Assembly: GCA_951406725.2 (NCBI GenBank)
Contig: OX597822.1
Coordinates: 100,254,001-100,318,000, forward strand
Source of the DNA: Octopus vulgaris
Lineage: Eukaryota
DNA: 64,000 nt
Direction: 5' to 3'
Both the position numbers and the translations under genes were made by a program. Below, one piece after another: positions 13,520 to 27,122 of this stretch (its first letter is position 1; every line of letters starts with the position of its first letter). The notes beneath the pieces are model-generated. The model was given only the letters and a program-made list of their open reading frames with translations, had not been told where the DNA came from and made no database searches.

Positions 13520-13880
13520 TAAATGGAAACGTGGCTGATGCCAGCTCCGCCCCGACTGGCTTCTGTGCCGGTGGCACATAAAAAGCACCATCTGAACGTT
13601 GCCAGCGCCGCTTTGGCTGGCTTCCGTGCCGCTGGCACGTTAAAAACTCCAACCGATCGTGGACAATGCTGGACCCCCCCCCCGGCACCTGTGCAGGTGG
13701 CACGTAAAAAGCACCCACTACACTTGCGGAGTGGTTGGCGTTAGGAAGGGCATCCAGCCGTAGAAACTCTGCCAGATCAGACTGGAGCCTGGAGCAGCCC
13801 CTGGCTTCCCAGACCCCGGTCGAACCGTCCAACCCGTGCTAGCGCGGAAAACGGACATTAAACGATGATGATGATGATGT
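13520..13880 (+). mobile_element. (GAT)n-tailed RTE-3'-end repeat
   Basis: Three GGCACRTAAAAAGCAC-type modules, core and tail. Confidence 0.88.
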
Positions 13881-14500
13881 AAATTTTTTAATATTTGCAC
13901 ATTCTCCAGCCAAAACAGCTGTTAAACTGCTAATGACATTTTCATAAATGAGAAAATGTGTCTCAGTTAAAAAAAGAAAAATGTAAATACTTGGTTGGTG
14001 TTTACAATTTTCATTGAATTGCTATTTATATGAACACATTGTCTCACATTGTACTAATCTGACATTTTAGTTTGTCTCATATACAGATAGTCCTAATCCT
14101 AACATTAGCTTTACCGTATCTAAATAATGATCTCTAAATCTGTTTGAAAGCCTCATTCATTTCACGATGGAATTTTGAGTTAGATATATATGAACTGCTC
14201 TTGTGTATTTTTAGCAAAAGATTTAAAGGTGAACATGTTTATTACTTGGCAGTTGGACAGCATTAATGAATATCTACTACTTAATCATTATCAGTTTTGC
14301 TCCAGCAGTTATTCAGCCACTGTAAATGTTAACCCTTTTTATACCAATTCACTTGAGACCACCTCTGGTCCTATGATACAAGCTCCATTTTAAATTGATC
14401 TGAATTAAAACCTATCAAACTCATGGTAATAAGGCAGTGTATTTCAACAGTGGCAAGGTAACAAAGGATTAAGGCATAGCAAGACCATTACCTCTATTAA

Positions 14501-14715
14501 CCCTTTCGTTACCAACTCGGCTGAAACCGGCTCTGTAGTACAAATGTCTTGTTTTCACAAATTTTGAATTAAAATCTTCCACCAAACTTTAATCACAATT
14601 TATGTTCCTAAAACTAGCTTAATGATAACTAAGTTATTTTACTGAATTCTTTGTTATATTTAAAGTAATTGAAAGAAACACAGAGCGTCTCAAAATAAAT
14701 ACCCTAACAAAAGGG
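14501..14715. mobile_element. piggyBac-type MITE family A (215 bp)
   Basis: TTAA TSD, same TIRs, short internal deletion. Confidence 0.86.
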
Positions 14716-15012
14716 TTAAACACTTTTCTGGTTCCTCTCACTTGGGTTTTTTCTCCTTTTTTTAATGGGAAGAGAAGGAAAATAAAAATGTTAAAAGGTA
14801 ATGTACATCACTATGTAATAACTGATTCAGTGGACAGTTTACAAGTATATGGATGATGAAGTCCTGTGGCTAAAAATAAAAACCTAAAGGCTAAATAAAA
14901 TAAATATAAATGAAATATAAATAAAATAAAGAATTGTGTTATTAGGTGTAAGACTTCAATAATTTGATAAACAACTATTAAATCTGCAATTTAATTTCAA
15001 ACAATAAATGCA

Positions 15013-15402
15013 GGAGTGGCTGCGTGGTAAGATGCTTGCTTCCCAACCACATGGTTCCGGGTTCAGTTCCACAGCGTGGCATCTTGGGCAAGTGTCTTGG
15101 GGCCAACCAAAGCTTTGTGAGTGGATTTGGTAGACGGAAACTGAAAGAAGCCTGTTGCGTGTGTGTATACACACGCACACACACACACATATGTACATGT
15201 ATATATATATATACATGTACATATATATTATAAATACACACACATACATACATATATACATACATACATACATTCATATATATATATACACACATGTATA
15301 TATGCATATATATACAAAGAATAAGTCCTGGGGTCGATTTGTTCAACTAAAGGCTGTGCTCCAGTATGGCTGCATTTAAATGACTGAAATAAGTAAAAGA
15401 GT
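15013..15402 (+). mobile_element. tRNA-derived SINE with internal microsatellite
   Basis: A box TGGCTGCGTGG, B box GGTTCAGTTCC, TTGGGCAAGTG, tail TAAAAGAG. Confidence 0.85.
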
Positions 15403-17686
15403 AATCTCTTCATGGCCTGATTTTTCTAAAAGTGATAAAAGATAAGCTGATGTAAGATGTAATTTTTTTTTCCACCTGAACTATTTTCCAGAAAAAAAAA
15501 ACCTTTTAAATTGTGTGTGTGTGTGTTTGACTTTCTAGATGTAGCTTTTCATTTTCTTCCTCTTGGGTTGAATGATGTTTGTCACTTTGGAGTAAAAGAG
15601 AAATATTTGTAGTTTTGAAGTCAAGCTTAAGACTATTGAGATGTTTAAAAAGAATCATCAAAATTTATTGAGAAATTTTTTTAGACTAATTAGAATATTT
15701 CCCTTTTACCTTCCTTCCTTTTCAGTCTTAAACTTTATCTCCCTACGCTTGTCTTCAGCTTTATCATAAGGGCATTGGAGGTAGTTTAAGAGTGGTGGAG
15801 GAGTATGACTAATAAACTCAGACATATTTTACAGTCCAGGGATGTCATTCATGGCCCAGCTTGGTGTATTCTCACATACATATGGTGTCTTTGGGCCAAC
15901 CAAAGCTTATCTTCAAGGGTATTGGAGGTAGCTTAAGAGTGGTGGAGGGGTATGACTAATAAACATGCTAAATATATAGATGTACACAGCTTCAGTCTTT
16001 GCTGCTGAGTGCTTCTAATGAATTATGGTGTCTTTGGGCCAACCAAAGCTTCTCTTCAAGGGTATTGGATTTATTATTTGTTTTTTACATATTATTTATT
16101 ATTTGCTTTTTGACCCCCGTGCCGGGTGTCATTCATGGCCCAGCTTGGTGTATTCTCACATACATATGGTGTCTTTGGGCCAACCAAAGCTTCTCTTCAA
16201 GGGTATTGGAGGTAGTTTAAGAGTGGTGGTGGGGTATGACTAATAAACCATCCGTTCGTGGCCGTTTGCCAGCCTCGCCTGGCCCCCGTGCCGGTGGCTT
16301 GTAAAAGCACCATCCGTCTGGCACCTGTGCGGGTGGCACGTAAAAAGCACCCACTACAAAGGTCTTTCTACATTTGTATCTACATGAACATGCTGAATAT
16401 AAAATGTACACAGCTTCAGTCTTTGCTGCTGAGTGCAGCCTTCTGGCTTCACAGACCCCAGTTGAACTGTCCAACCCATGCTAGCATGGAAAACAGACGC
16501 TAAATGATGATGATGATGATGATATAAGAAGGCCAGTTATTTATTAGTGGGCTATGAAGGATGATAGATTTGGTGTGTCAGTAGTTGATGAAGTATAACA
16601 AAGCTGGAATGCATGTCTTACAGTCCAATGTCATTTATGGCCCTGCTCTATACGCATTGTCTATAAGGAGAATCCCTTTCCTGAGATAGTTACTGCAGCA
16701 AAGGTCTTTCCATCATCATTTAATGTCTACTTTCCATGCTGGCATGGGTTGGATGGTTTGACTGAAAACTGGGGGCTGCACCAGGTTCCATTCTGTTTTG
16801 GCATGGTTTCTATTGCCAACCACTCCAAGAGCATAGTGGGTGCTTTTTATGTTCCATTGGCACAGGTGCCATTGATGTGACACTGGCATTAGCCACAACT
16901 ATGAACTCACTTGGCTTGACAGGCCTTCTCAAACATGGTATATCACTAAATGGTCTCAGTATATCATGGTATATCACCTGTCGCTGCCTCTGAGGCCCAA
17001 TGCTTGAACAGTGCTTTTTGCGTGCCAGCCAAATGGTACTGGCATCAGCCACAATTACAATTTCACTTGGCTTGAGAATTCTTAAGCTCAGCATATCGCC
17101 AAAAGGGTCTTCCATGTTTGACTATTCATGAATGTGTAAAGTATAAATGTGCACGGCTTTATTTTCATTTTGTAAAATACTGGATTGCATTATTTGATAG
17201 TAAATACAGTAATTCTGTTTCATTCAATAACTGTATTGCAAAATGAAAAAAAAAAAAAATCAGTGATGGATATAAAATCTGGGTACAGTTTATAAAATGG
17301 ATAGCTTTTAGTCTTGAACTTTATCTCCCTACGCTTGTCTTCCGCTTTATCATAAGGGCATTGGAGGTAGTTTAAGAGTGGTGGAGGAGTATGACTAATA
17401 AACTCAGACATGTTTTACAGTCTAGGGACTAAATCAAATCTTCTTCTGCTGAATTTTTCAATTTGTTTAAGAGCCTTTTACATCTGATGTAGTGAGTTTC
17501 TTTTGCTTTTTCTGACAAATTGACCTTTTCTCATGATATAAAACTTATATCTTCTACGTTTAAAAATAATTGTATTCAGTTTCTTAACAGAATATTTCTC
17601 CAAAAATTATTTGTATTTCAGAGAACTGATATCTAAATGCTCTCACATTCTTCAGACATTTACATCTCTTTCTTTTTTACTTGCAG

Positions 17687-17860
17687 CTTATTTTGGCGGA
17701 CCGTTCTTTAATGCCTGGAGATTGTGTTCGCCGTCTGATTCAGGGAGAAGATAGCCAAAGAGGCTATGTTCAAGACATGACGGTGAAATGTTGTCTTCAA
17801 GTAATGGGCACCAAAAAATATATTGATAACGTCGACAGCAGAGATTTGCTTCCTATTCGG
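17687..17860 (+). CDS. UBE2O: UBE2O exon A (LILADRSLMPGDCVRR...DLLPIR), phase 0-0
   Basis: Acceptor tttacttgcag, donor gtgagt; 174 nt; resembles UBE2O LEDRSVVPRDVVR region. Confidence 0.93.
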
Positions 17861-17890
17861 GTGAGTAAAGATGTAATCTCTTATTACTTC

Positions 17891-18047
17891 CATGCTAGCA
17901 TGGGTTGGACGGGTCAACTGGGGTCTGTGAAGCTGGAAGGCTTCGTCAGGCCCAGTCAGATCTGGCAGTGTTTCTACGGCTGGATGCCCTTCCTAACGCC
18001 AACCACTCCGCGAGTGTAGTGGGTGTTTTTTACGTGCCACCTGCACT
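17891..18047 (-). mobile_element. Tail-less RTE-3'-end fragment with 25-bp target duplication
   Basis: TAAAGATGTAATYTCTTATTACTTC at 17866-17890 and 18048-18072. Confidence 0.85.
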
Positions 18048-18379
18048 TAAAGATGTAATTTCTTATTACTTCTGAGTATTGACTCATTCTCAAGGCTCAT
18101 TTAACTTAATCTTCCGACTATTAGTCAATGAGACCACCTTTGTCTAAAGCAATCATTTTTCAATTAAACTTTCAAAATAATTGTATGTTGTAAGAAACAG
18201 TTTTTTTTCTTTAATGTTATGGTGTAGGTTTGGCTCTGTGGCCGAGGAGCTTGTTTCACAACCATGTAGCCTTGGGTTCAGGCTCACTGGGTGATAGCTC
18301 ATGTGTGTGTCTTCTACTATATTCTTATGAGTAGATTTGGTTGTCATATATGTGTGTGTGTATGTATGTATATATATAA

Positions 18380-19392
18380 ACTTCAGTTTCAACAACTGCT
18401 TCTTTATGAGATTGAGATCATCTACATGCTCAACTTGAGTGGTCCTGGTTCATTTTGGACACTACTCTGACTATGGCAGCTTTCAAAGAATCTTTGGTGT
18501 TATGGGCATGTTCATTGACCTCTCTCTCAACAATGCTCCACATGTATTTGTCCAATGGATTGAGATCTGGGGAATTAGGAGGGTTGTGTGATCATGAAAA
18601 TTTTCAGCCATCCATTGCTATGTTACTAGAGCCATGTGTGATAGTGCAGAGTCTTACTGAAACACATATGGCTTTCCATTGCATACATTGTTTATCCAGG
18701 GCTTAACAATGATTTCCAGGACCTCAATGTAGGTGGCAGAGTTAACTCTAAAGCCTTGTAGAAAGAAGAAGGTATCACATCTTCATTGTTGACAACCCCT
18801 AAAACTATGACAGTTGCAGGAAATTTTGTATGCATAACACTTGGAACTTCAGAAGGGTCTGCACCTTTCTGTCATTTCTTCTATTAACTTCTATTAACTT
18901 TTTGATCTTGGTCAAAGTTTTTCTTGTTTGAGAAAAACTAAATCAAATCTTCTGCTGTATTTTTCAATTTGTTTAAGAGCCTTTTACATTTGATGTAGTG
19001 AGTTTCTTTTGCTTTTTCTGACAAATTGACCTTTTCTCATGATATAAAACTTATATCTGATGTCTTCGTGTACAACATTTTTGACTGTACCTTCTGACAC
19101 GTAGAGATCTGTTGCAATTGACCTCATGGCATTTTCTGGGGTTGTAATCAATGGTCTGTTGAACTTACTGGACAAACTTCGTAGACGAAAGATCTGGCAA
19201 CTTTTAAAAAGTGAGCTATTTCTAAATAGCTATGCTCAGCCTTTATAACCACAATAACAGCATGCCTCTTCATTTCTTGAGTAAGCTGAAGGTCTGCCAT
19301 TTTTATTTTCTGAAACAAGGATTATACAGAGTTAGCAAAAAATGCAGCAATGACCCAAAAAAAGTATGTTCTCAAATACCTTATGCACCCTG
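18380..19392 (-). mobile_element. Degenerate maT/Tc1-mariner element (second family)
   Basis: End TA-CAGGGTGCATAAGG on - strand; RSIATDLYVSEGTVKNVVHEDIRYK and PNSPDLNPLD fragments. Confidence 0.78.
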
Positions 19393-19439
19393 TATATAGA
19401 TAAATATGTGTGTGTGTGTGTGGATATGTATGTGTTTGG

Positions 19440-19865
19440 ATATGTGTGTGTGAGTGTGCTTGGATATGTATGTGTGTGAGAGTGTGCTTGGATATGTATG
19501 TGTGTGAGAGTGTGCTTGGATATGTGTGTGAGTGAGTGTGCTTGGATATGTGTGTGAGTGAGTGTGCTTGGATATGTGTGTGAGTGAGTGTGCTTGGATA
19601 TGTGTGTGAGTGAGTGTGCTTGGATATGTGTGTGAGTGAGTGTGCTTGGATATGTGTGTGAGTGAGTGTGCTTGGATATGTGTGTGTGAGTGAGTGTGCT
19701 TGGATATGTGTGTGAGTGAGTGTGCTTGGATATGTGTGTGAGTGAGTGTGCTTGGATGTGTGTGTGAGTGAGTGTGCTTGGATGTGTGTGTGAGTGAGTG
19801 TGCTTGGATGTGTGTGTGAGTGAGTGTGCTTGGATATGTGTGTGAGTGAGTGTGCTTGGATATGT
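19440..19865. repeat. 26-bp minisatellite GTGTGAGTGAGTGTGCTTGGATATGT, about 16 copies
   Basis: Directly visible tandem array. Confidence 0.93.
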
Positions 19866-20375
19866 GGGTGTGTATGTGTGGATATGTGTGTGTGTGAGTG
19901 AGTGTGGGTGGACATGTATGTGCGTGAGTGTGAGGATATGTATACATGTATGTATATACATCTCATACATATGTGTGCTTGCACCTGCTACATTTAAATT
20001 AATCTTCTGTAAACCTGTGTTGTTAATAGACATCTTTTAGCCATCACGACAAACACTTTACTGCTTTTTTTGTTTTTGTTCCTTTGTTCTAAGTCTTCTG
20101 GCATGTGTCTAGTCTTGCCCGATCATCATTTCTATTTGTTATGTGTTTGGCTAATTTCCCATTTAGTGCAGCTTCTCTTATGTTGTTGTTGTTGATATTG
20201 ATTGTGTTTCAAGTTGTGTGAAGCTGATGTTGCTGTAGCTATCAACAGATACCCTTTTACAGCAATTGCTATAGTTATAATCTTTGTGACATATACAGCT
20301 CTTCACTCTTCCAATACATTTAATTCTCAGCTGCTATCTTTCTTTTCAAACCAGGCACATTCAAAACTTTGATAT

Positions 20376-20746
20376 CATCATTGCCTTACTGGCACTTGTG
20401 CATGTGCTGGTAGGGTGCCAATCCGAGCGTGATCGTTGCCAGAGCAGCCAACTGGCTTCCATACCCATGGCATGTAAAAGGGCACTATTCGAGCGTGATC
20501 GTTACCAACGTCGCTTCACTGGCGAGGTCATTGCTAGTACAGCCTGACTGGCCCCCGTGCCGGTGGCACATAAAAAGCACCCGCTACACTCTCGGAGTTG
20601 TTGGCGTTATGAAGGGCATCCAGCTGTAGAAACCCTGCCAGATCAAGGTTGGAGCCTGGTGCAGCCATCTGGTTTGCCAGCCCTCAGTCAAAATCGTCCA
20701 ACCCGTACTAGCATGGAAAGCGGATGTTAACGATGATGATGATGAT
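20376..20746 (+). mobile_element. (GAT)n-tailed RTE-3'-end repeat
   Basis: Family core; same subfamily as 39388-39678. Confidence 0.85.
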
Positions 20747-21794
20747 TAGTGTTATGTCATTGTATTTTGAGTGGGTTTTGGCAAATCTTTTCCTTTTTGG
20801 AATTACTTAATTTCTTTGACTCTATGTGGAACATAGGGTGCCAACAAAAGATCTATCTCCATCTCTTAATCTTTAGCAATGAATTGAAGTTGTCCCCAGT
20901 TGTAGCTGCCTGCCTGTGCTTCAGTTTTAGTGAATCTTCTCCACAGTTTTGGTCTGCCATGCTTCTTTCTCTCTTGGGTGTGTCCATTGAAGGACTTGCT
21001 AACAGGTTTCCATAGAGTGTGTCCTGGTTAGCCCCATTTTCTCTTCCTGATTTAGTTTGTCGCTGGTATACCTGTTCCCACAAGGTTTTGTGAGTCTGTG
21101 TTGCCATCTCAATTGAAGGAAGATCCCCAGATATATATTCACAAAAGTTTGGAGCTTGGCAATAGAGAACTTTGTAACTCACTTAACTTTTGTGCAAGAG
21201 AGAACTTGCTTGACCTTTCTCTGATTCTGAGAGCAAACAAGCAAGGTAGAAGAATTGACCCTTAATACTTGATTAAGTTCCAAATCCTGTTTTGTAATTC
21301 CCAGGTTTTGGTATTTGGTATCAGTTATATTTCCCCTGTTTGTGGATTTTCACCCTGAATGAATAAAAAGTAAAGTTGACCTCAGTGGGAGTTGAAGTGA
21401 GTGTGTAGTGTGGGAACAAATACCACAAGGCATTCTATTTGATGCTGCACCAGCTAAAGCCAAGCAATTGTGTTTGTGTCGATTTATTAAAACACTGATT
21501 TCTTCATATAAACACAAACTTACATATTTTGACAGTTGGGCTATCACCATTGAAATTGATCCCAGTATATTCCTGGTACAGTGGAATTGATTTCATTATA
21601 TTACTGATACTTCTTGACCTAACAAAAATGAACAGTAATGTTAACTCTGTGGAGTTTGAGATCAGAATGTGAAGGGATGTAAGGCATTTGTGTTTCTCTG
21701 TTGTTTGGTCCCCATAAAATATTTCCATTTGCTAACTCTAATATTCTGGTCATTAATATACTGGCCATAAATTTTATTTATCGAGTTTACAAAA

Positions 21795-21957
21795 GCGTAG
21801 CACCCACTACACTCACGGAGTGGTTGGCATTAGGAAGGGCATCCAGCTGTAGAAACACTGCCAGATCAGACTAGAGCCTGGTGCAGCCTCCTGGCTTCCC
21901 AGACCCCGGTCGAACCATCCAACCCATGCTAGCACGAAAAACAGACGTTAAACGATC

Positions 21958-21987
<30 letters not shown>
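21795..21987 (+). mobile_element. (GAT)n-tailed RTE-3'-end repeat
   Basis: Family core and tail. Confidence 0.87.
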
Positions 21988-21988
<1 letters not shown>

Positions 21989-23725
21989 ACGAACTTTTCT
22001 TTATCATTGAAAACCACCACATTTCCAGTGACTGAAGTTTCTAACACATTGATGATATCTAAAACATTGATGATATCTAAGCTCAAATTAAAGATCTTTA
22101 ACTGTAGATTAATTACTGATGATGGTAGTTTTTGTTTAATTGATCTCCGTATCGATTTTGTTTGAATAATGAAAGCCATTGACAATTAGATGAAGTCTTC
22201 TGTTTAACAGGTTTTGTATGATTATATATTTTTGCACATGAGTACAGGTGTCTTGAACTTCAACACACCAGTGGTGTTCATTTTGAAAGCTAGCACTATA
22301 AGAAAACCCTTTGCATTTTAGTTGGTATGGTTTATATTTAGATCAGGCTGCTTAATAAAAGATTTAACAGGTCGTTGCTGAAAACCACAACACATGAAAT
22401 ATTTATTAGATGATACTGTATGACATGGTGCATATTGAAGTTTTATAAAGCTGCCCTGAAGAAGCATTAGATAAATCTATATTGAACACAATATCCTAAA
22501 TCTTTTTTTATTCCCTCAAAACAAGCTAAATGAATTAGCTCTGCAGTTGGACATTTATATAAGAAATTAGGTTAAGAATTGCAGCTACTAATAATGTATT
22601 CACAATATATTGATTTATGAATGTTTAGCTACAAATATCAACATGACATTGTCTAAATAAAGTAGAAAGGGTAGGTCATAGTGTGGTGGTGGTGGTGGTG
22701 GGAGATATAAATTCATACATTAATGGCATAGAAAGGAAGCTGTGATCATGGTGTTGATGAAAGTAATCAATCATTAAAAATTGATGTCGAACCAAATGGG
22801 TCCCTTTTTGTTTTGGATTAGTTGAAGAAAAAAATTCAAGTGAATCAACTTCTGAGCTATAAATTGCAGAATTTGAAATTCTCATGTTGAATTCCTACAA
22901 AAAACAAGAGTCGATGCTTTTGCTTTGTACTTGACTGCAATAACTGGAGGTATTGAAACTGGGTTATAGATTCCATTTCCTGAGAAACTTATTGCTATAG
23001 AAGTTCTGTTGCTGATATTGCTTTGAGCATGTTCTTTATCTCTCAGTTTTCAGTTGTTAATGTGTTGAACTCTAAAAAATCATTACTTGAACTTGCTTTG
23101 ATAGCTATACTTCTTGAGAACTTATAGAATTCAGCATCTTAATATGCAAGCCAGAAATTAGTAATATTTAGCTAGTTAACCAATAAACAATTCTTGCGAA
23201 TATATTTTGGCTCTGACAATCTAACCAAAGCTAATATGGAAATGTACTTCTTCATAGTGTTTGAAGCTGGTGAATCCTCATCATCATTCTTTTAGCATCC
23301 ATTTTCCCATGCTTGCATGGGTCAGATGGAATTCTTTGAGGCAGATTTCCTATGATTGGATACCCTTCTGGTCACCAACCCTCACCTTGTTTCTAAACAG
23401 GTTTTCCAGACAGGTTTTCACAATAGACTGGATTTGGGTGCCACTTGTATGATGATGATGCTCATTTACAATTATCACTTGTTGTCAAGACGAGGAGACA
23501 CAAACACATATCCACCTTCTCCTCATATACACATATGATGGGCTTCTTTCAGTTTACATCTACAAAATCTACTCATAAGGCATTGGTTGGCTTAGGGATA
23601 TACTTGAAGACACTTAGCTAAGGTACCACACAAATAATGAACCTGAAATCATGCAGGTGGGGAGTGAATTTCTTAACCACACAGCCATTCCTGTGACTGC
23701 AATATATCCTAATATATTATGGTAT

Positions 23726-24070
23726 TCATCATCATCATCATCGTTTAACGTCCGTTTTCCATGTTAGCATGGGTTGGACTGTTCAACTGGGGTCTGTGAA
23801 GCCAGAAGGCTGCACCAGGCCCAGTCTGATCTGGCAGTGTTTCTACAGCTGGATGCCCTTCCTAACGCTAACCACTCCATGAGTGTAGTGGGTGCTTTTT
23901 ATGTGCCACTGGCATAGGTGCCAGACGAGGCTGGCAAACGGCCACGATCGGATGGTGGTTTTTACGTGCCACCGGCACGGAGGCCAGTCAGGGCGGCACT
24001 GGCTACGGCCACGTTCGGATGGTTCTCTTACGTGCCACCGGCACTGGTATCACAGCTACAAATTCCATTA
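23726..24070 (-). mobile_element. (GAT)n-tailed RTE-3'-end repeat
   Basis: Family core and tail. Confidence 0.87.
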
Positions 24071-25312
24071 TTTCACTTATTTCCTTGACTTTAAATCCAC
24101 ACTCATTAATTATTCTATATATTTCTTTGCCATTCTGGACACTTGATCAAATTACATTTAATTAATTTTTTTTTTTCTAATTTCCATCACTAATCAAACA
24201 TCTGCATAGAGCTGTTGACTTGGTGCTTTATCTCCTCCATACTGCCAGTCAGTTTAGCCATACTGAGGAATTTCTAACCAGCAGCTATTGATGAACTATT
24301 GTTGTTTTTATTTATTTTAACATGCACATTTTCTCTCACACACTTGCTGACTTCACATCATGCCACACAGATGTGCATGGGCACACACAGACACGCATTC
24401 TCTCTCTCTCTCTCCTTTTCTCTTTTTTTTCACACATTCTCACATCTCAATAAATAGAAATGCAGAATCTGCAAACTCAGAGACTGGCCTGGAATAGAGA
24501 GGACATATCATTGATGAGGTTACGAATATCAATGAAAGGTGTCTGATTGATTGATTGATTGACTAAATGATTAATCAAATGATTAATCAAACAATCAATG
24601 AGTTAATTGATTAAATGATTAACTATTGACTAAAAATAATAAAAAGTGAAATAGAACCAGCATATACATTATTGGCATAATGACCCTCCCAAATGCAACA
24701 GAATCTGTTTCAATGCATAATTTTTGCATCAAGAACCCTGTAAATCTAATACAGAAATGATTTATTTCGCTTTTCTATTATCATCTGATTTATTCACTGA
24801 CCAAATTTAATTATTTTCTTATTTACATCGTATTTTAGATGTGTATATAATTCTATAACGAAGGTAAATTTTAGAAGAAAGAAGTGACAAATGTTAGGCA
24901 TTTTTCTAACTGATAAATATTTATGCAAAGTGTTTTGTGGTTTTACGTTAACTAGCTTACCATTAGTGTCCAAAGTTTAATGACCACATCTCAAAATAGC
25001 TTGGAATAATTCCTATTTTGGCACAGGTTTTCAGGAATATAACTTATTTTTACTATTGGCAGTTTATCATCCTTTCCTTTCATCAATTTGTTGGCCAAGT
25101 CTGCTGGAACTGATTTTAATTCAATAATTCTTTGTTGTATTATTTCTTCTGTTTGCATTTTCTTGGAGAAACTGTGGCTGGTGATTGTCGCAATAAGAAT
25201 GTAGTTTTAATCAGATTTAAAGGTGTTTATTGTTGAATCATTGCCTCTAATAATTGTGTCTGGTTTAGGTACAAGGCTGGCAGTCTTGAGGTGAGGGACT
25301 CAGTCGATACCT

Positions 25313-25870
25313 GTTTCTTTATTACCCACAAGGTGCTAAACACAGAGGGGACGAACAAAGATAGACAAACGGATTAAGTCGATCATATCGAACCCAGTGC
25401 GTAACTGTACTTATTTAATCGACCCCGAAAGGATGAAAGGCAAAGTCGACCTCGGCGGAATTTGAACTCAGAACGCAGCGGCAGACGAAATACCGCTAAG
25501 CATTTCGCCTGGCGCGCTAACGTTTCAATACCATTGACTAGTACTTTATTTAATGGATCCCAGAAGGATGAAAAGCTAAGTAAACCTTGGTGGGATTTCA
25601 ACTCGGAATAGAAAGAGCCAGAAGAAATGTTGTAAGGCATTTTTTCCTGATAATAATAATAGTTTCTGATTTTGGCATAAAGATAGCCATTTTGAAGGGA
25701 GGATGTTAGTTGATACCCTCAACCCCAGTACTTCACTGGTACTTTATTCATTGACCCTGAAAGGATGAAAGGCAAAGTTGACCTCATTTGGGATTTGCAC
25801 TCATAATGATTTAAACACAAGGCTAGCAATTTCGAAGGAATGGAGTTAGTTGATACCATTGACCCCAGTA
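25313..25870 (-). mobile_element. MetaSINE-like copy (25313-25527) plus several decayed tandem fragments
   Basis: Repeated GACCCYGAAAGGATGAAAGGCAAAGTYGACCTC. Confidence 0.78.
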
Positions 25871-26024
25871 ACTAATGGTAATTAATCAGTGCTGCAAAAA
25901 AGTAAGATATCATTATCATTTTGAAGAACGATAGAAATTGATAATGTAGATATACACTTCTTACATAGGACTTTGTTATAGATCATTCTAGTGTCCACCA
26001 AATGTAATTATTGGATGTTCTTTC

Positions 26025-26058
<34 letters not shown>

Positions 26059-26061
<3 letters not shown>

Positions 26062-26453
26062 GCAGTATCGCCCGGCGTTGCTCGGGTTTGTAAGGGAAAT
26101 AACTATATAAGCATTTTTAGAGATGTAAAGTATAATAGCCATCTCAATATGGCTAACCACAAAGGGGGGTGTTACTGTAGCTTTTTACGTTCTGAGATTT
26201 AATAATAAATTTTTAGAGAGTTACTTCCCTTATATATGCCAAAAATGCATTAAAAATGGGAAAAATTGATGGTAAATTCTTTTTAAAATCATAGACTCAT
26301 CGTAGACATGCACTAATACCCAGAAGGGCTCGATATGAATCACGACTATAAGATGCCCAGTTTTGGTTAAACTGCACTGCAAAATGTGGGAGTAGTTAGG
26401 AATCTAAATCGTAGGAGACAGACAGCACACAACCTTACTTTTACGTATAAAGA
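26059..26453 (-). mobile_element. Non-autonomous Helitron
   Basis: 5' TC, 3' hairpin CCCGAGCAACGCCGGG then CTAG, A^T insertion site in (TA)n. Confidence 0.88.
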
Positions 26454-26799
26454 TATATGTCTTTTGTATTTATTATCTGTGTTGGTTCTGAGCAGATTGT
26501 AGAGAAAGGAGAAAGAGCTGATCAAATACTTTTTGCCAACTTGTATGTTTGGCACCTTCAGGAACAGACAACAACTGTCACTTCCAGTCAAACTTCTGGG
26601 ATTGAACAACATTTTAGCTATGGCCAGAACTTAAAACTTGTAAGCCTTGCTTTTAAGATGGTAGGATGTTAGTTGAGGATTGGCAGCTATAATTAAGATA
26701 GGTTACATTGTAATTATATCAGTTTACATTTTAGTTGATCATTTCAATTCATTTTTAAGATCATTTTATTCTTTGTGACCAAACCCATATATATATATA

Positions 26800-27122
26800 T
26801 CTTTATATATAAAAGTAAGGTTGTGTGTCTGTCTACTCCGATTTAGATTCCTAACTACTCCCACATTTTGCGGTGCAGTTTAACCAAAACTGGGTATCTT
26901 ATAGTCATGATTCATATCGAGCCAATCTGGGTATTAGCGCGCGTCTACGATGAGTCTACGATTTAAAAAAAAATTTACCATCAATTTTTCCCATTTTTAA
27001 TGCATTTTTGGCATATATGAAAGAAGTAACTCTCTGAGATGGCTATTATACTTTACATCTCTAAAAATGCTTATATAGTTATTTCCCTTACAAACCCGAG
27101 CAACGCCGGGCGATACTGCTAG
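26800..27122 (+). mobile_element. Non-autonomous Helitron, same family, about 70-bp internal deletion
   Basis: TCTTTATATATAAAAG...CCCGAGCAACGCCGGGCGATACTGCTAG in (TA)n. Confidence 0.88.

Noticed and set aside
19322-20033. His/Thr-rich ORFs; CRISPR-like periodicity
   Set aside because: Head-to-tail 26-bp tandem repeat with no unique spacers; eukaryotic intron
20853-21290. 109-aa minus-strand ORF or LINE remnant
   Set aside because: No motif I could identify confidently
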